DNA of 64,000 bases from Octopus bimaculoides (lineage: Eukaryota). Location of the stretch: the NCBI RefSeq assembly GCF_001194135.2, contig NC_068991.1:79018854-79082853 (forward strand), given 5' to 3'. The position numbers were made by a program, and so were the translations under genes. The notes under the pieces are model-generated. The model did no database searches. It saw nothing but the letters and a program-made list of their open reading frames with translations, and was not told where the DNA came from. Positions 39,314 through 52,810 of the stretch are shown here, in pieces (within the stretch, counting starts at the first letter, position 1; each line of letters starts with the position of its first letter).

Positions 39314-40408
39314 TTCAACCGGTGTGACCATCTCGTCCTTTTATGGTCCCAAAGCTAAGACTAAACTGACGGCCTCTGCCCTTTCTTTTTAATAGGCACT
39401 AAACTGTGAATTAACGGAGAATTAACAAATTAGCAGTGTTTTCTAGCACGTTAACTGACCGTTTAGAGACTGTTTTGCTGGAGATCGTTGTGGTTTATGC
39501 CCTAAACTGACCTGATCCAGTAAACCTATTATAGCTGTGACTTCCCCTTATTTCTATTCATTTTCAACCAGATGTGGGATCAAGATCCAACTGGATGGCA
39601 TTCCAGTCTTTTACTGGAATTTGTCTCATGATTTGACGATGCATTGCCGAAATAAAGAGAAGGCATCTATGTGGTCGCACTTTCTGTTAACAATAACAAT
39701 GAAATCCCCTTACAATTTCACACCATCATATACGGAAAAAGAAGGAAAGGAAAGTTTGGATAAGTTTTGGATAAGTCCCAGTTGCACAACGGTTCGGCAA
39801 AAGAGGACGATAGAATAAACACCAGATTTAGCAATAAGTACGGGGTCAATTTAATTAACTGGCCCCTTTCAAGGCAGTGTCCCAGCAAGGTGACAAACCT
39901 ATGAAAAAAACAAGTAAAAGATGAAACACGAGAAAGCAATAGGCTAGATGGGATCTGAAGAGCAGCAGAGAAATTATATTATTTGATTTAGTAATTTCGT
40001 GGCTTATTTAGAGTTCAAACCCGGCCGAGACCAACCATCTTTTTATTTATTCAAAGATTGATAAAATCAGCAGATGCAACAAACTGTTAATCGATTCAAT
40101 CGATTCAAACCTTCTTCTGCAAATTTTTCGATTTCCACTAATTAAGAAATTGATAAATGGAATATATATTCTATTATATAAATTAATGGCCGTTAGTTAT
40201 TTTCTCATATTTTTACATTGCAAGTATTAATGGCTGCTTTTATTTTGCTGGATAATGGCTACAAAACAGGTTTCAATTCGCTAGAGATACTAAACATACC
40301 AGCTAAACATTCCTCAAAGTACACTTTTATATCTTTCAAAGGCGATGGTCTCATAAATTGTTCAATTCCTAATAATAATTAAGAAAAAAGGATGATAGGC
40401 CTTCCTGA

Positions 40409-40621
40409 GACATCGGCTCATAAGGCCAATTTCTAGAGGATGAATATATACGCCTGTCCGTTGTATGGTTACTCATTTTTGCCAATTGAGTGGACTGGAG
40501 CAACATAAAGTGAAGTGTTTTGCTGCTTAAGGAAAAACCTGTAACACATCGTCCGGTCCAGGAATTGAAATCACAATCTTACAGTCATGAGTGCAAGACC
40601 CTCACCACTCAACCACGCGCC
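40409..40621 (-). mobile_element. Decayed SINE family C copy
   Basis: gagtggactggagcaac..gaagtgtt..aggaattgaaatcacaatctt..cctcaccactcaaccacgcgcc. Confidence 0.7.
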
Positions 40622-41029
40622 GCCGTTCATTTACAAATAACACAATCGATAATACGGCATGAATCTTATCAATGTGCAGCACTAAACCAACAGTTAGTGA
40701 AGTGTCGTAGTGAACGTGACTCTGTTCATAGTTACGATAATATGAGAACCAAGTTGGTGAAATATAGATTGCGCTGGTGGTTGGAGCTATTATTTTTATG
40801 ACGGTGGTTGCGATGATGAAAGTAGAAAATTGTATACGAGCGAATCTCCGTCTGTGTTTATAGGTTTTTGCAGCTGTAGTGTCCTTATTAATATCTTCTT
40901 GATGTTTTGGTGTGTCTTTGTGGCAGCATTCCTTGTAATGTTTTACAGTCACCACAAAGATGGTTGCGATTTCTGATTGGATGAAATCGTACACATGAGC
41001 GAAATCATTGAATTTACTCATTCGTTTCA

Positions 41030-41365
41030 GTTATTGGATTGTGGCCACGCTGGAGCGCCCACTTCGAAGTGTTACGTCGATTAAGTCGATACCAGTACTC
41101 ACTGTTTTCTCGCGCATTTATTTTATTTTATCCCATTTTGCCAAACCACTAGGTTACAGGAATTTACACAAACAAAGCCGCACTACAGTGAGAGATACAC
41201 AAGCACATACATGTTCCACTGGCTTCCACTCAGTTTCCGTTGAAACTTATCCACAAAATATTGGACAGCCCACGGTTATTGGAGAAGACATTTGCTAACG
41301 AACCGCACAGTGGAACTGAACGCAAAAATCAAGCGAACTTCTTAACGACAGAGCCATGCCTGCAG
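41030..41365 (-). mobile_element. Decayed SINE family B relative
   Basis: gtggccacgctggagc, ttttgccaaacc.ctagg, ggcttcc..tcagtttccgt, agaagaca.ttgc and gtggaactgaac match family B blocks. Confidence 0.65.
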
Positions 41366-41898
41366 CTTTGGATAAAATAGAGATACATCTATAAATATGA
41401 AGGAAAGACTGATAAGGATTATGGAATTGGTAAGAGGGTGGAAGGGAATAAGATGGTATATGGTGAATGTGAGACGATGATGGGAATGAAGGTTCATAAT
41501 CCTTCATTCCTATCATTTGAAGAATTTCCATTAACAGAAAAAAACAATAAATAAATGATGAAAAATAAAAAACGAAAATCAGCAGTATTCCAGTTCTTTG
41601 AAGAAAGAGTGCAGGGAATTTGCTGAAATGAAACGCTAATCTACCACTGAGATTTCTAATCAATATCAATTATCGATCCATGGAGTGTTGAGTTGGTGAG
41701 TCAATGCGCTTGGCTTCATTATTAGTTATAGAGTTTATATTTCTGCTGAACATCGAAACACGGCAGTCTTCACCCGTTTCATTTAATTTATGTTCAATAA
41801 GCTCTCTATCTCTTTGGTTATGTTTTTCATTTTGTATATCTCTTGCTTTTAGTCTTTTTTCTTCTTCTCTAATGCTATCGCCCTCCTCCCGTATTCCC

Positions 41899-41944
<46 letters not shown>

Positions 41945-43334
41945 CTCTCTCTCTCTCACTTGTACTCACTCACCCACTTACTTTCTACTCTTTTCCATTT
42001 CTCTCTCTTACTCTTTCTTTCTTTCATACTTTCTGCGTCGCCTGTTGTTTCTATTCACGTAACGTATAATTCGCAACTGGTATGGTTAGTATAAAAATAC
42101 CATAGATTTATAATCGACAACTGCAAAAATTAATATAAAAAAAAAGCAAAAAATGTAACCGAGGGCGCTACAGTAAGCTGCTGTCTTGAATTCCTTCCAC
42201 TTCTAGGAACCAGAAACGCCCTTGTATGTAACGAGTTCAAATTTAGCATCAGTTAACTTTGCATTGTTTCTGTCGATGTCAATAGAATAACGAGGGTAGT
42301 CTATGCACGACCTTTTGATTTGCTAGAAATAACAGATCGCTATGAAATCCATTTCTAAAAATGAGATACATTGAACACTGTAATCTTTGACAGAGAATTA
42401 CTATAAGACGAGATGGCCATGAACAAGGTTTACTATATCTCTGCTTATTCATGGCTGAAATGGGGCTAAACACGAAGTATTATCTTATTATGTATGAGGT
42501 CGGTTCGTTAGCATTCTACTCTCTATCTTAACCATAAGATAGTAAATATGACAATCAGTGAATATATTGATAGAGTGTCTGCAAATGAGGTACTTAGAGA
42601 AGAAGTAAAAAAAAAATAAACAATGAGTTTGATCTGTGTTGCTATGTAACAGAAAATGTTAGAATCCATCAGAAACCAAATGAAATTAAACAAATAAAAC
42701 AACCTATTCTTGAAAACTTACCAGAAATTTTTGCTCATGTTAATAAATATCCTTAACTAATTAAAAAATTATTTAATTATTTATTTCTCATTGGTTTTGT
42801 TGTCTTTAATTAGCTTGAGGGTATCGAAATGACGGTCGTTAAAGTGTAGGATAGAAGGCCTTCTGGTATCCGTTATGTATCCTTTCGCTATGGGCTGAAA
42901 TCCTGCCGAGACCAAATTTGGTTTTCATCCCTTCAGAACCAATAAATGTAGCACCGGTTCACTCCTACAGATCTTCCTTTCTTTCTTCCTTCCTTCCTTT
43001 CTTCCTTCTGCTGGATTCCATAGCAACTTGAATGTTCAGCTCTGTCTCATTGTGTCAGACTGATTCGCGATCTGAACTTAGTTAACGGTTCGTGTGTTTA
43101 AGGAATTCCTAGACGTCGTTAATTCCATGCATAGCAATTCCAAAGTTCTTAAAGTGCTCATTTTCGTCACCGTTGGACAATAAACAATTAGATCTTGTCC
43201 ACAAGAACATTTAAATTCTCTTTAACAATCGATCTATCTACTTTTCTATCTATCTATCTATCTATCTATCAATCAATCTATCTATCTATCTATCGTTACC
43301 CTCTCCTCTGTGTGTGTTATATATATAAGTGAAT

Positions 43335-43860
43335 GTGCATGGCTCAGTCGCTAGAGCGTTGGGCTCCCAATCATGAGGTTGTGAGTTCGACCAAGCTGTG
43401 CTGTGCTGTGTTGTGCTCTTGAGCAAGACACTTCGTTTCACACTTCTCCAGTTCACTCAGCTGCAGAAATGTGTTGCGACGTTACTGGTGCTCAGCTGTA
43501 TCGGCCCCTTTTGCCTTTCCCTGGGATAACATCAGTGGCATGGAGAGGGAAGACTGGTACACATGAACAAATGTTGGTGCTCCATAAACAACCTTGCATG
43601 GATTTGTACCTTTGAGGGGAAATTTTCTAGGTGCAATCCCACGGTCATTCATGAACGAAGAGGGTCTTTACCCGAATCTTTTACTCTTTCACTTGTTTCA
43701 GTCATTTCACTCTGGCCATGCTGGAACATTGCCTTAAAGGGGTTTAGTCAAAAAAATCGAATCCAGGATTTATACGTTGTAAGCCTAGAACTAATTCCAT
43801 CAGTGTGTTTTGCCGAACCGCAGTATCCGTATCCGTTGTCAAGCGATGTCTGTGCAACAA
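43335..43860. mobile_element. tRNA-headed SINE family C (plus, about 43335-43680) abutting a family B-type 3' module (minus, about 43680-43860)
   Basis: tggctcagtcgctagagcg..gagttcga..cttgagcaagacactt..ccagttcactcagctg; then cagtcatt..ggccatgctgga..ttttgccgaaccgc..gttgtcaagcgatg. Confidence 0.75.
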
Positions 43861-43886
43861 TGTATATATTCAGGTACATATACATA

Positions 43887-43942
<56 letters not shown>

Positions 43943-45549
43943 TAGATAGATAGATAGATATATATATAAGCATGATGTACTCTTAAAGATAATATAATGC
44001 AATTNNNNNNNNNNNNNNNNNNNNNNNNNNNNNNNNNNNNNNNNNNNNNNNNNNNNNNNNNNNNNNNNNNNNNNNNNNNNNNNNNNNNNNNNNNNNNNNN
44101 NNNNNNNNNNNNNNNNNNNNNNNNNNNNNNNNNNNNNNNNNNNNNNNNNNNNNNNNNNNNNNNNNNNNNNNNNNNNNNNNNNNNNNNNNNNNNNNNNNNN
44201 NNNNNNNNNNNNNNNNNNNNNNNNNNNNNNNNNNNNNNNNNNNNNNNNNNNNNNNNNNNNNNNNNNNNNNNNNNNNNNNATATATATATATATATATATA
44301 TATATACGCACACACAAATACGATGATTTGAGAAGCGTTAACGAGTGATATTTCTGTAATTAATAATAACAAAGCTTATAAGCGATCAGATTGTATTGTC
44401 TAAAGAAAATAGTCTAATATTGGGGCATATAATTCCTCGGCGGAAAGAAAGTGGGGTTTCTGAACGGGTGGGACAGGATCGCGATAAATGTGCTGCTATT
44501 AGACATCGTACCCATTCGTTTGTTCCTTTAGATTTAGGAACTATATTTTCATAGTGTTTTTTTTTTATAAAATAAAGAAGCATGTGCGTTTTCAGCGATG
44601 ATATATATATATATGTATACATATATATGTATGTGTATATGCGCCCGCACATGAGTGTGCATAGTAAAATGTAAAGGTAATATCCAAAGATCGAAGTGTA
44701 GGAAGTTAGTAAGCTTCGAGCAGTCAATGGAAGGTATAAAGAATAACCTTCAGGAACAGTAATGTTTCATTGACGAAGAAGGTAAACTTTCTCGTATCGA
44801 AGGTTTTGCAGCGTATACGACAAAAAATCCATATTTATATATTCCATTCCCTAAATCTTAATATGTATGTGTGCGTGTATGTATAAATCTATGTATGTAT
44901 GTATGTATGTATCTATCTATCTATATAACCGTGCGTGCAGATACACATACATTATTAACTCTAGTATATCTAGATGTTTTTCTTTACTTCCTTTTTTCTT
45001 CTCCCTTTTACCATCTTGTGATTCCCCTTATCTTTTCCATTCTATAAACCTCCCTCTCTTTTGTTTCAAACTCTTCTACAATGGCGCCGCTCTGTCGCGT
45101 TTTAACCGCATAATGATAATGTTAATCACATTAGATGCTTTCTATTCACATTATAAGTTAGACTATGCAGATAACAAGTAAATCTCCTGAGACCACACCT
45201 ACTTCTATCTCGGCAGAGTTAAATCGTTTGCAAGAGGCACGATTGGCTGTTTACCGAAATCACAATTTCCACTCCCACACACGCGCGCGCAGACACGCAT
45301 ATACACGCACGTACACACATACACACTCACACACACATAGAATAAATAAGAAAGGAACATAAGATTATGAAATGCATAGTGCACTCTGCATTCTAGAAAC
45401 AGTTATAAGCCAATGCATTTCACAATGAAATTCATTGCAGAATCTTCTGTTCGTTTATTATTTATTCACTTTCATATTATGCTCTGTTCTCTAAAAATGC
45501 TTTATTCTAAAGCAAATATAGATTGAAATCTAACACCAGGTAATATTCT

Positions 45550-45720
45550 AACAGCGATGTTGGTGTGTTTATGTCTCCGTAACATAGCGATTCGGCAAAA
45601 GAAAGCGATAGAATAAGTACTAGGCTTACAAAGAATTATGTCTGGAGTCGATTTCTTCAACTAAAACCCCTTAAGTCAATGCACCTACACAGCCACAGTC
45701 AAAGACTGAAACATGTAAAA

Positions 45721-45722
<2 letters not shown>
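45550..45722 (+). mobile_element. Isolated SINE family B 3' module
   Basis: gatgttggtgtgtttatgtctccgtaac.tagcg.ttcggcaaaa..gatagaataagtactaggcttacaaagaat. Similar tail pieces occur at about 670-720, 39770-39900 and 63950-64000. Confidence 0.8.
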
Positions 45723-45763
<41 letters not shown>

Positions 45764-45766
<3 letters not shown>

Positions 45767-46290
45767 TTAGGGAAAAGAACCAAGGTTCATGAACTCATCG
45801 ATGAAAATCCACTGTCACATATAGAAAAATTAATAAGTAAAAGCACAATAAATAAGTATAATATAATACAAAGTAAATATCATAGGATAATGTTTAAAAA
45901 ACGACTACACGTGTTTCATAACCAATTTTCAAATAGAAAGAATATTTAAATCGATTAAAACTATCGAAAATCAATTCCATTAAAAAATATAGCTAATCTT
46001 CAGGTCAAAATACAACAATAATAATAATAAAAGAATGTATATATCAACCAACAATAAATACAAATGAATGTATATAAAAAATACTTATTATATTAAGATA
46101 GAAAAATATTATTAAAAATATAACCACATTATTTACATCTTTCTCCATTTTATATGAATATAAATTGTATGTTTTTATATATATATACCTATTATTTTAA
46201 GGACATTTATTTTCCCAAAATACTAGGTATTAAACTAGTATTTCCTTGGATTAAACCATCGCTTCATGAGGTTAACACAACCTCTAAGCG

Positions 46291-46292
<2 letters not shown>
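45764..46292 (-). mobile_element. AT-rich element between two (TA)n tracts, probably Penelope pLTR-derived, with a hammerhead-like motif at 45903-46006
   Basis: The minus strand reads GAC-CUGAAGA-U-UAGCUA-(long AT loop)-UGGUUA-U-GAAA-CACGU-GUA-GUC with a palindromic ACACGUGU stem III. A terminal hairpin lies at 46260-46290. Confidence 0.45.
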
Positions 46293-46325
<33 letters not shown>

Positions 46326-46439
46326 TAGATAGATAGATAGATAGGTATGTGTGTGTGTGTGTATGTGTGTGTGTGTTAGGAAATTCATTTAGCGGATAAG
46401 AAACATCCGCAAAGATTATATTTCACATGCTATTACTGA

Positions 46440-46706
46440 ATTATTGGTGCGCCGGAAAAAGTGATTAGCAGCATTTCGTCCATCGTTACGTTTTGAGTTC
46501 AAATCCCGCCGAGGTGGGCGTTGCCTCTCATCCTTTCGGAGTCGACAGAATAAGTAGCAGTTGGATACTGGAGTCGATATAATGAAGACACTCCTTCTCC
46601 TGAACTTGGTGGCATTGTGCTAATATTGGAGCCGATGTAATGAAACACTTCCTCCCCCAAATTTCAGGCCTTGTGTCTCTTGAAGAAAGGATTATTATTA
46701 TTATTA
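46440..46706 (+). mobile_element. SINE family A copy with a duplicated 3' module
   Basis: gagttcaaatcccgccgaggt..catcctttcggagtcga, then two successive tggagtcgat.taatga..cactcc.tc.cc modules, then an (ATT)n tail. Confidence 0.75.
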
Positions 46707-47505
46707 TCGTCATCGTGTTCCTCATTTATCAACTAGTTAATCAATTAAGCAATTAACTAATCTATTATCTGCTTAATCGTCCGATCAAGACGTCAGTCAG
46801 TTGGTTTAATTTGTCTGGTTCTTTCGTCACCATCCGCGACCACGTCACTCACATGGCTTCGTTGCGTCGAGTCAATCTCGCTGCCGCTCGACTTTGTTAT
46901 TGNNNNNNNNNNNNNNNNNNNNNNNNNNNNNNNNNNNNNNNNNNNNNNNNNNNNNNNNNNNNNNNNNNNNNNNNNNNNNNNNNNNNNNNNNNNNNNNNNN
47001 NNNNNNNNNNNNNNNNNNNNNNNNNNNNNNNNNNNNNNNNNNNNNNNNNNNNNNNNNNNNNNNNNNNNNNNNNNNNNNNNNNNNNNNNNNNNNNNNNNNN
47101 NNNNNNNNNNNNNNNNNAGGTGTAGTTGTGTGAGTCTTCGTTTATCTATGTCAGTGAGTGTGTAAGTATTGTTCTTGTACATTGTTGAGTAAGTGAATGT
47201 GTAGGTTTGACGAAGAAAAGACTTTCAAAACCCATTCTAACTTAGTGTTTTGATAGATTTATCGAACGATCAATCAAGTTTTCGTTTACTTAATTAGTTA
47301 AACGATCAACTACTTGACTAATGACAACAACAAGTGAAACAGGACCAGAACTGCTACTTATAAGGAGTTAATTATTAATTTAATTAGATTAATTTCGATA
47401 GTAATATATACTTTAAATTAAAGCAAAATTGCTTGGCATTGGAAGAAATACCACTTCCCACTAATTGCTGGAAGTACTTCGAAGATAAAGATCCGAAATT
47501 ATATA

Positions 47506-47546
<41 letters not shown>

Positions 47547-47867
47547 CCTTTCTATTATAGGCAAAAGGCCTGAAATTTGGGGGAGTGGAATAGTCAATTA
47601 CTCACTCGCACACACACAAACAAAAGTGATATACCTTTGTTTATCTAGCTCAATCTTACACGACTGGCAACAAAATGGCATCACTATATGTTCATTGACA
47701 AAAACTGTGCTGCAAAATCGTACTGCACAATTTTCTTACTGCCTTTCGTGAGTGAAAATGTCTCAATTTCGAGCGACAGAAGTTTTTACAACATTTTACA
47801 AATAAATGTTTAAACGAAGCGGACGGTCATTGTGTGTTTCTGAACATGTCTTCCAGCTGTAATCGCT

Positions 47868-47906
<39 letters not shown>

Positions 47907-48378
47907 ATCTACATAATATAATGATGCAAATAACCAAATACTTCTGATTAAGCATGAAATACGCAATATACAACCATGTGTACATGTACATAGAAACATG
48001 TAAATAGAAACATTTGCATCACATTTCATAACTAGCTTTTACATTAATTTAATACCAATGTACATTTTGCAGATTCGTCCACAGTTATTTAAATTTCAAA
48101 CGAATAATTCGGGTGCATTTCCAAACCGAATAAGGCATTCTACGCACTTATGGTCTCTATGCCCTTGTATTTGACAGAATTTATCTCTTGTCAGTGCATA
48201 CTTCGTATTGCATATTATTTTGTGCATATCGGAGTAATATGATGGGATGAGGACCAAAATAATTTCAGACTAATTAAATTTGTTTTACTAAAATATATTG
48301 GTCAGACATAAATAAATAGAAATAATATATTTCTAAATCTCTCAAAGAGATTTATACAATAGTAGCACGATAAAATAC

Positions 48379-48747
48379 TGTCAACCTAATGTGACAGTCC
48401 CATAAAAGGGAAGAATGCTACTGTTATTTAGCCCTAGGAAACACCGTTTCCTGTTGATATATTATTTCTATTTTCAAAGATTAGTGAATGTATTTCACTT
48501 GAAATATATATGTTTTGAAAGGCGGATAGGCATCGACGACTAGCAAACCATGCTACTCCAAACTGATGATGGGTAATGACTCTGAAACTAGTCTCTGGAT
48601 GCTGGCTTTTTGGCTGGAGATGCTTGTCTCCACTTTGAAAACATAAGGATACAGGAAATGTGTCAAGTCCAGCAGGAAACGGTGTTTCCTAGGTCTAAAT
48701 AACAATAGCATTCTTCTCTTTTATGGGACTGTCACATTAAGTTGGCA
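48379..48747. mobile_element. Non-autonomous element with about 79-bp terminal inverted repeats (MITE-like)
   Basis: 48379-48457 (tgtcaacctaatgtgacagtcccataaaagggaagaatgctactgttatttagccctaggaaacaccgtttcctgttga) is nearly the reverse complement of 48668-48747, with only a handful of mismatches. No convincing TSD. Confidence 0.85.
48557..48599 (+). ncRNA. Hammerhead-like motif inside the TIR element
   Basis: UCCAAA-CUGAUGA-U-GGGU-aaug-ACUC-U-GAAA-CUA-GUC-UCUGGA. It has a palindromic ACUAGU stem III, a GUC triplet and a stem I with 5 of 6 pairs. Confidence 0.55.
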
Positions 48748-51700
48748 ACATGCTTTCACTTTATAAATAAATACCCCCACTTTTGAGACGGTAGAGAATA
48801 TTTCTCTCATAAATTTATTATTTATGATGTTGTGAATATTATCTCCTCGCTTCTCCGTTTAGTGAGACAGATGAAAATAGCCCTCTTTCACGACTAATTT
48901 GTAAAGTTTGTTGGCTTTCTTAAGAGTATAACAACCCGGAGTTACCAAAGCTTTTCATGATTTATTTAAAAAGAGAAATGTAATTAGGAACGTAAAACGT
49001 ATAATTTTGCTATGATCATTTAGTGTTACATGTGAAAAAAGCTGACAACTTGCAAATTAAGTTAGTTGATTCTCTAAGTATGAAAACCGTTCTAATGTTT
49101 GCAGAGAGAATTGAGAAGTATTGAATCAAGTTAAATGGTTTCAAAGCTGAACTATTAGGCACAGGGTAACTATAAATACTATAATACAACTAAAATCCTT
49201 CTGACTTATAATAAATATCTTAACAGTATCTTTATAAGTGGTTTTCATTTTAGTTTATACCTTTTAAACACAGAAGAAAAACAAGTGAAAATCTCCCATA
49301 AAGAAAGAACTAAAGTAGAAAGTAAAACAAAAACAAAGATGGTCATTCATCACCTTCTGCACTAAACGAAATGAAAAGTACATCTGAACAAGATAGAGCA
49401 AAGTCAGATTACGACTTAATACTCTATTATCAGGCTGATATCATTATAAGGTTTAATATGTAAGCGGAAAGAAAGTGTTATTGTCTTACTTGAATTGAGG
49501 TAGATAATATCTGTTCTGTTTGTGAAGTAAAAGCCACGGGAAATACGAAAACATTTTATATTTGTCTACGAAAGCTGCTCAAAAATGGAGAGATTATTTG
49601 CTTTGATATATCATAAGAAAAGTCCTTTACGTATGAGGATTATAGCAGCCTTTACTCTCTTCCACTTCAGTATATGGATTATCTTTTTGTTGGATGTAGA
49701 TACAAAATAAACAACACGTTGATTTCAAGCCAAAATATAGTTGTGCTTTGTGCTTTTATCACAATAGCATTTCATATTAATCTTTATCTGTCCAAACTTC
49801 CTTCAGTTGGAATTATATGACCTCAAACCGGGTCGCATAATCAATTAGCTAATATATATATATATATATNNNNNNNNNNNNNNNNNNNNNNNNNNNNNNN
49901 NNNNNNNNNNNNNNNNNNNNNNNNNNNNNNNNNNNNNNNNNNNNNNNNNNNNNNNNNNNNNNNNNNNNNNNNNNNNNNNNNNNNNNNNNNNNNNNNNNNN
50001 NNNNNNNNNNNNNNNNNNNNNNNNNNNNNNNNNNNNNNNNNNNNNNNNNNNNNNNNNNNNNNNNNNNNNACACTATTACATCTCATTGAAGAAACCAAAT
50101 TTTCAGATACCGTTAACTGCGTAAAAACGGAAAACATTGAAGATGAACATGTACCGCAATATATAACGGAAGGTAAAGTCATTTCTTCATTTGCCGAAGT
50201 GAAACTAATACGCCTGCACAAACCATTGAACGTCCTCTCCTAGATCTTATAAATGACAGTATAAACAATTCAGTAAACACATACACAGAGACTATTATCG
50301 TATCTACATAAGTATATATCAAAAATGACCTATAGATATGTTTATATATATATATATATATGTGTGCATGTATTTCTGTATGTGTATGCGTGTATTTTGT
50401 GTGTGAGGGTGGATATTTATATACATAAACGTGCTTATTTTTAGAGGCATATACGCATATACGCACACATTCACGAACATAGACACACACACACACACAT
50501 ATAGGGTAGTGATTTACGAAGCATAATACAAATAGGCGAACCCAGGAGACCCGTGTTATAGATTCGAAATATAAAAACAAATTAAGGTATATTAAGTACA
50601 ACACAAAAAATATTCATTGATGCGTTGATACGATATGTCACGTACATAAGCATGTATATACGTACGTGAGACGAGTTGAGTGTCAAAGAGAAGTGTGTGA
50701 GTTGAATACAAGAACGACACACACGGACACACACACACACGCGGGGACACACACACACGCGGACACAGACACACACAATCAGACATAAACGAAGTGGTGT
50801 TCATCAAATCATCACATGATTTCTATACAGTTCATGTAGAAACTAACATCATAGGTATATGTGTATGTATACAAACACACACACACACACATACATACAT
50901 ACATACATACATACATACATACATACATACATACATAAGCATACACACATTTTCTCTCTTCCCAAATGTATACGTTATATCTTTTGTCTACTCTTAGATG
51001 TATGACTGCTAGTGAGGAGTCTCGAGGTCCATCGAAGTCGATGATAACCATTCAGTTCGCTTCCAGCATAGTGGCGTGGATACTAGTGGATACTCAGAGC
51101 TAATTCGGGTTATGCAATACAGAGCAAATGTAGATTACGATAAATACAAATTTATGTCATTTCTTTTGTCCGTACGTTACAGAATTGTGGCTATTTTCAA
51201 ACTCTGCGCTGGATAAACCGTAGGTGATTGGATGCTATGCCAAAACAGACCTTCAGGGGACAATTTGTTTGCATCATGGCAAAACCAATGCAGAAACCTG
51301 CTTAAGGAACAAATATACTGTNNNNNNNNNNNNNNNNNNNNNNNNNNNNNNNNNNNNNNNNNNNNNNNNNNNNNNNNNNNNNNNNNNNNNNNNNNNNNNN
51401 NNNNNNNNNNNNNNNNNNNNNNNNNNNNNNNNNNNNNNNNNNNNNNNNNNNNNNNNNNNNNNNNNNNNNNNNNNNNNNNNNNNNNNNNNNNNNNNNNNNN
51501 NNNNNNNNNNNNNNNNNNNNNNNNNNNNNNNNNNNNNNNNNNNNNNNNNNNNNNNNNNNNNNNNNNNNNNNNNNNNNNNNNNNNNNNNNNNNNNNNNNNN
51601 NNNNNNNNNNNNNNNNNNNNNNNNNNNNNNNNNNNNNNNNNNNNNNNNNNNNNNNNNNNNNNNNNNNNNNNNNNNNNNNNNNNNNNNNNNNNNNNNNNNN

Positions 51701-52743
51701 NNNNNNNNNNNNNNNNNNNNNNNNNNNNNNNNNNNNNNNNNNNNNNNNNNNNNNNNNNNNNNNNNNNNNNNNNNNNNNNNNNNNNNNNNNNNNNNNNNNN
51801 NNNNNNNNNNNNNNNNNNNNNNNNNNNNNNNNNNNNNNNNNNNNNNNNNNNNNNNNNNNNNNNNNNNNNNNNNNNNNNNNNNNNNNNNNNNNNNNNNNNN
51901 NNNNNNNNNNNNNNNNNNNNNNNNNNNNNNNNNNNNNNNNNNNNNNNNNNNNNNNNNNNNNNNNNNNNNNNNNNNNNNNNNNNNNNNNNNNNNNNNNNNN
52001 NNNNNNNNNNNNNNNNNNNNNNNNNNNNNNNNNNNNNNNNNNNNNNNNNNNNNNNNNNNNNNNNNNNNNNNNNNNNNNNNNNNNNNNNNNNNNNNNNNNN
52101 NNNNNNNNNNNNNNNNNNNNNNNNNNNNNNNNNNNNNNNNNNNNNNNNNNNNNNNNNNNNNNNNNNNNNNNNNNNNNNNNNNNNNNNNNNNNNNNNNNNN
52201 NNTTTTTACACATTTCACGAATGAGAGGTGTGAAAATGTCTTCTTTTGCCATCATCTATAGTTTCTTTCGTACCGAAAATAATGTTTCAAATCGTTCTGT
52301 TTATATGTAACGAAAGCAAATGACACTGTCCATCCAACTTCACTTAACTCAAAGTGTTCCCTAGAGACGCTGACATTTCTAATAATTATTTCTTTTTTGT
52401 CTATATTTCCTTTTCTTACATTTATGTCCCATTAATGGAAAATAATTACCTTATTTTATGATGAAAATAGGTCAGCCATTATTCTTTTTAAGATAATGTG
52501 CGCACTGCTTCGGAGAAAATCTTCGTTGAAATGTTTAAGCTATTAAATTTTTGGTCATTCTAGAACACAACGGTTGATTGAGTGCTACTCTAGCTTCCTC
52601 TAATAAACGATAACAATATATACAATTGTTTGTGTCGCTTTTGTTTCAAGTTTTATCTTATATAATAGTTTTCTAAATCTATTTTCTTTTATAGTATTCG
52701 AAGTGGTTATCATGAACATAATTTATTTTTGTTTGTCAGTTCC

Positions 52744-52810
<67 letters not shown>

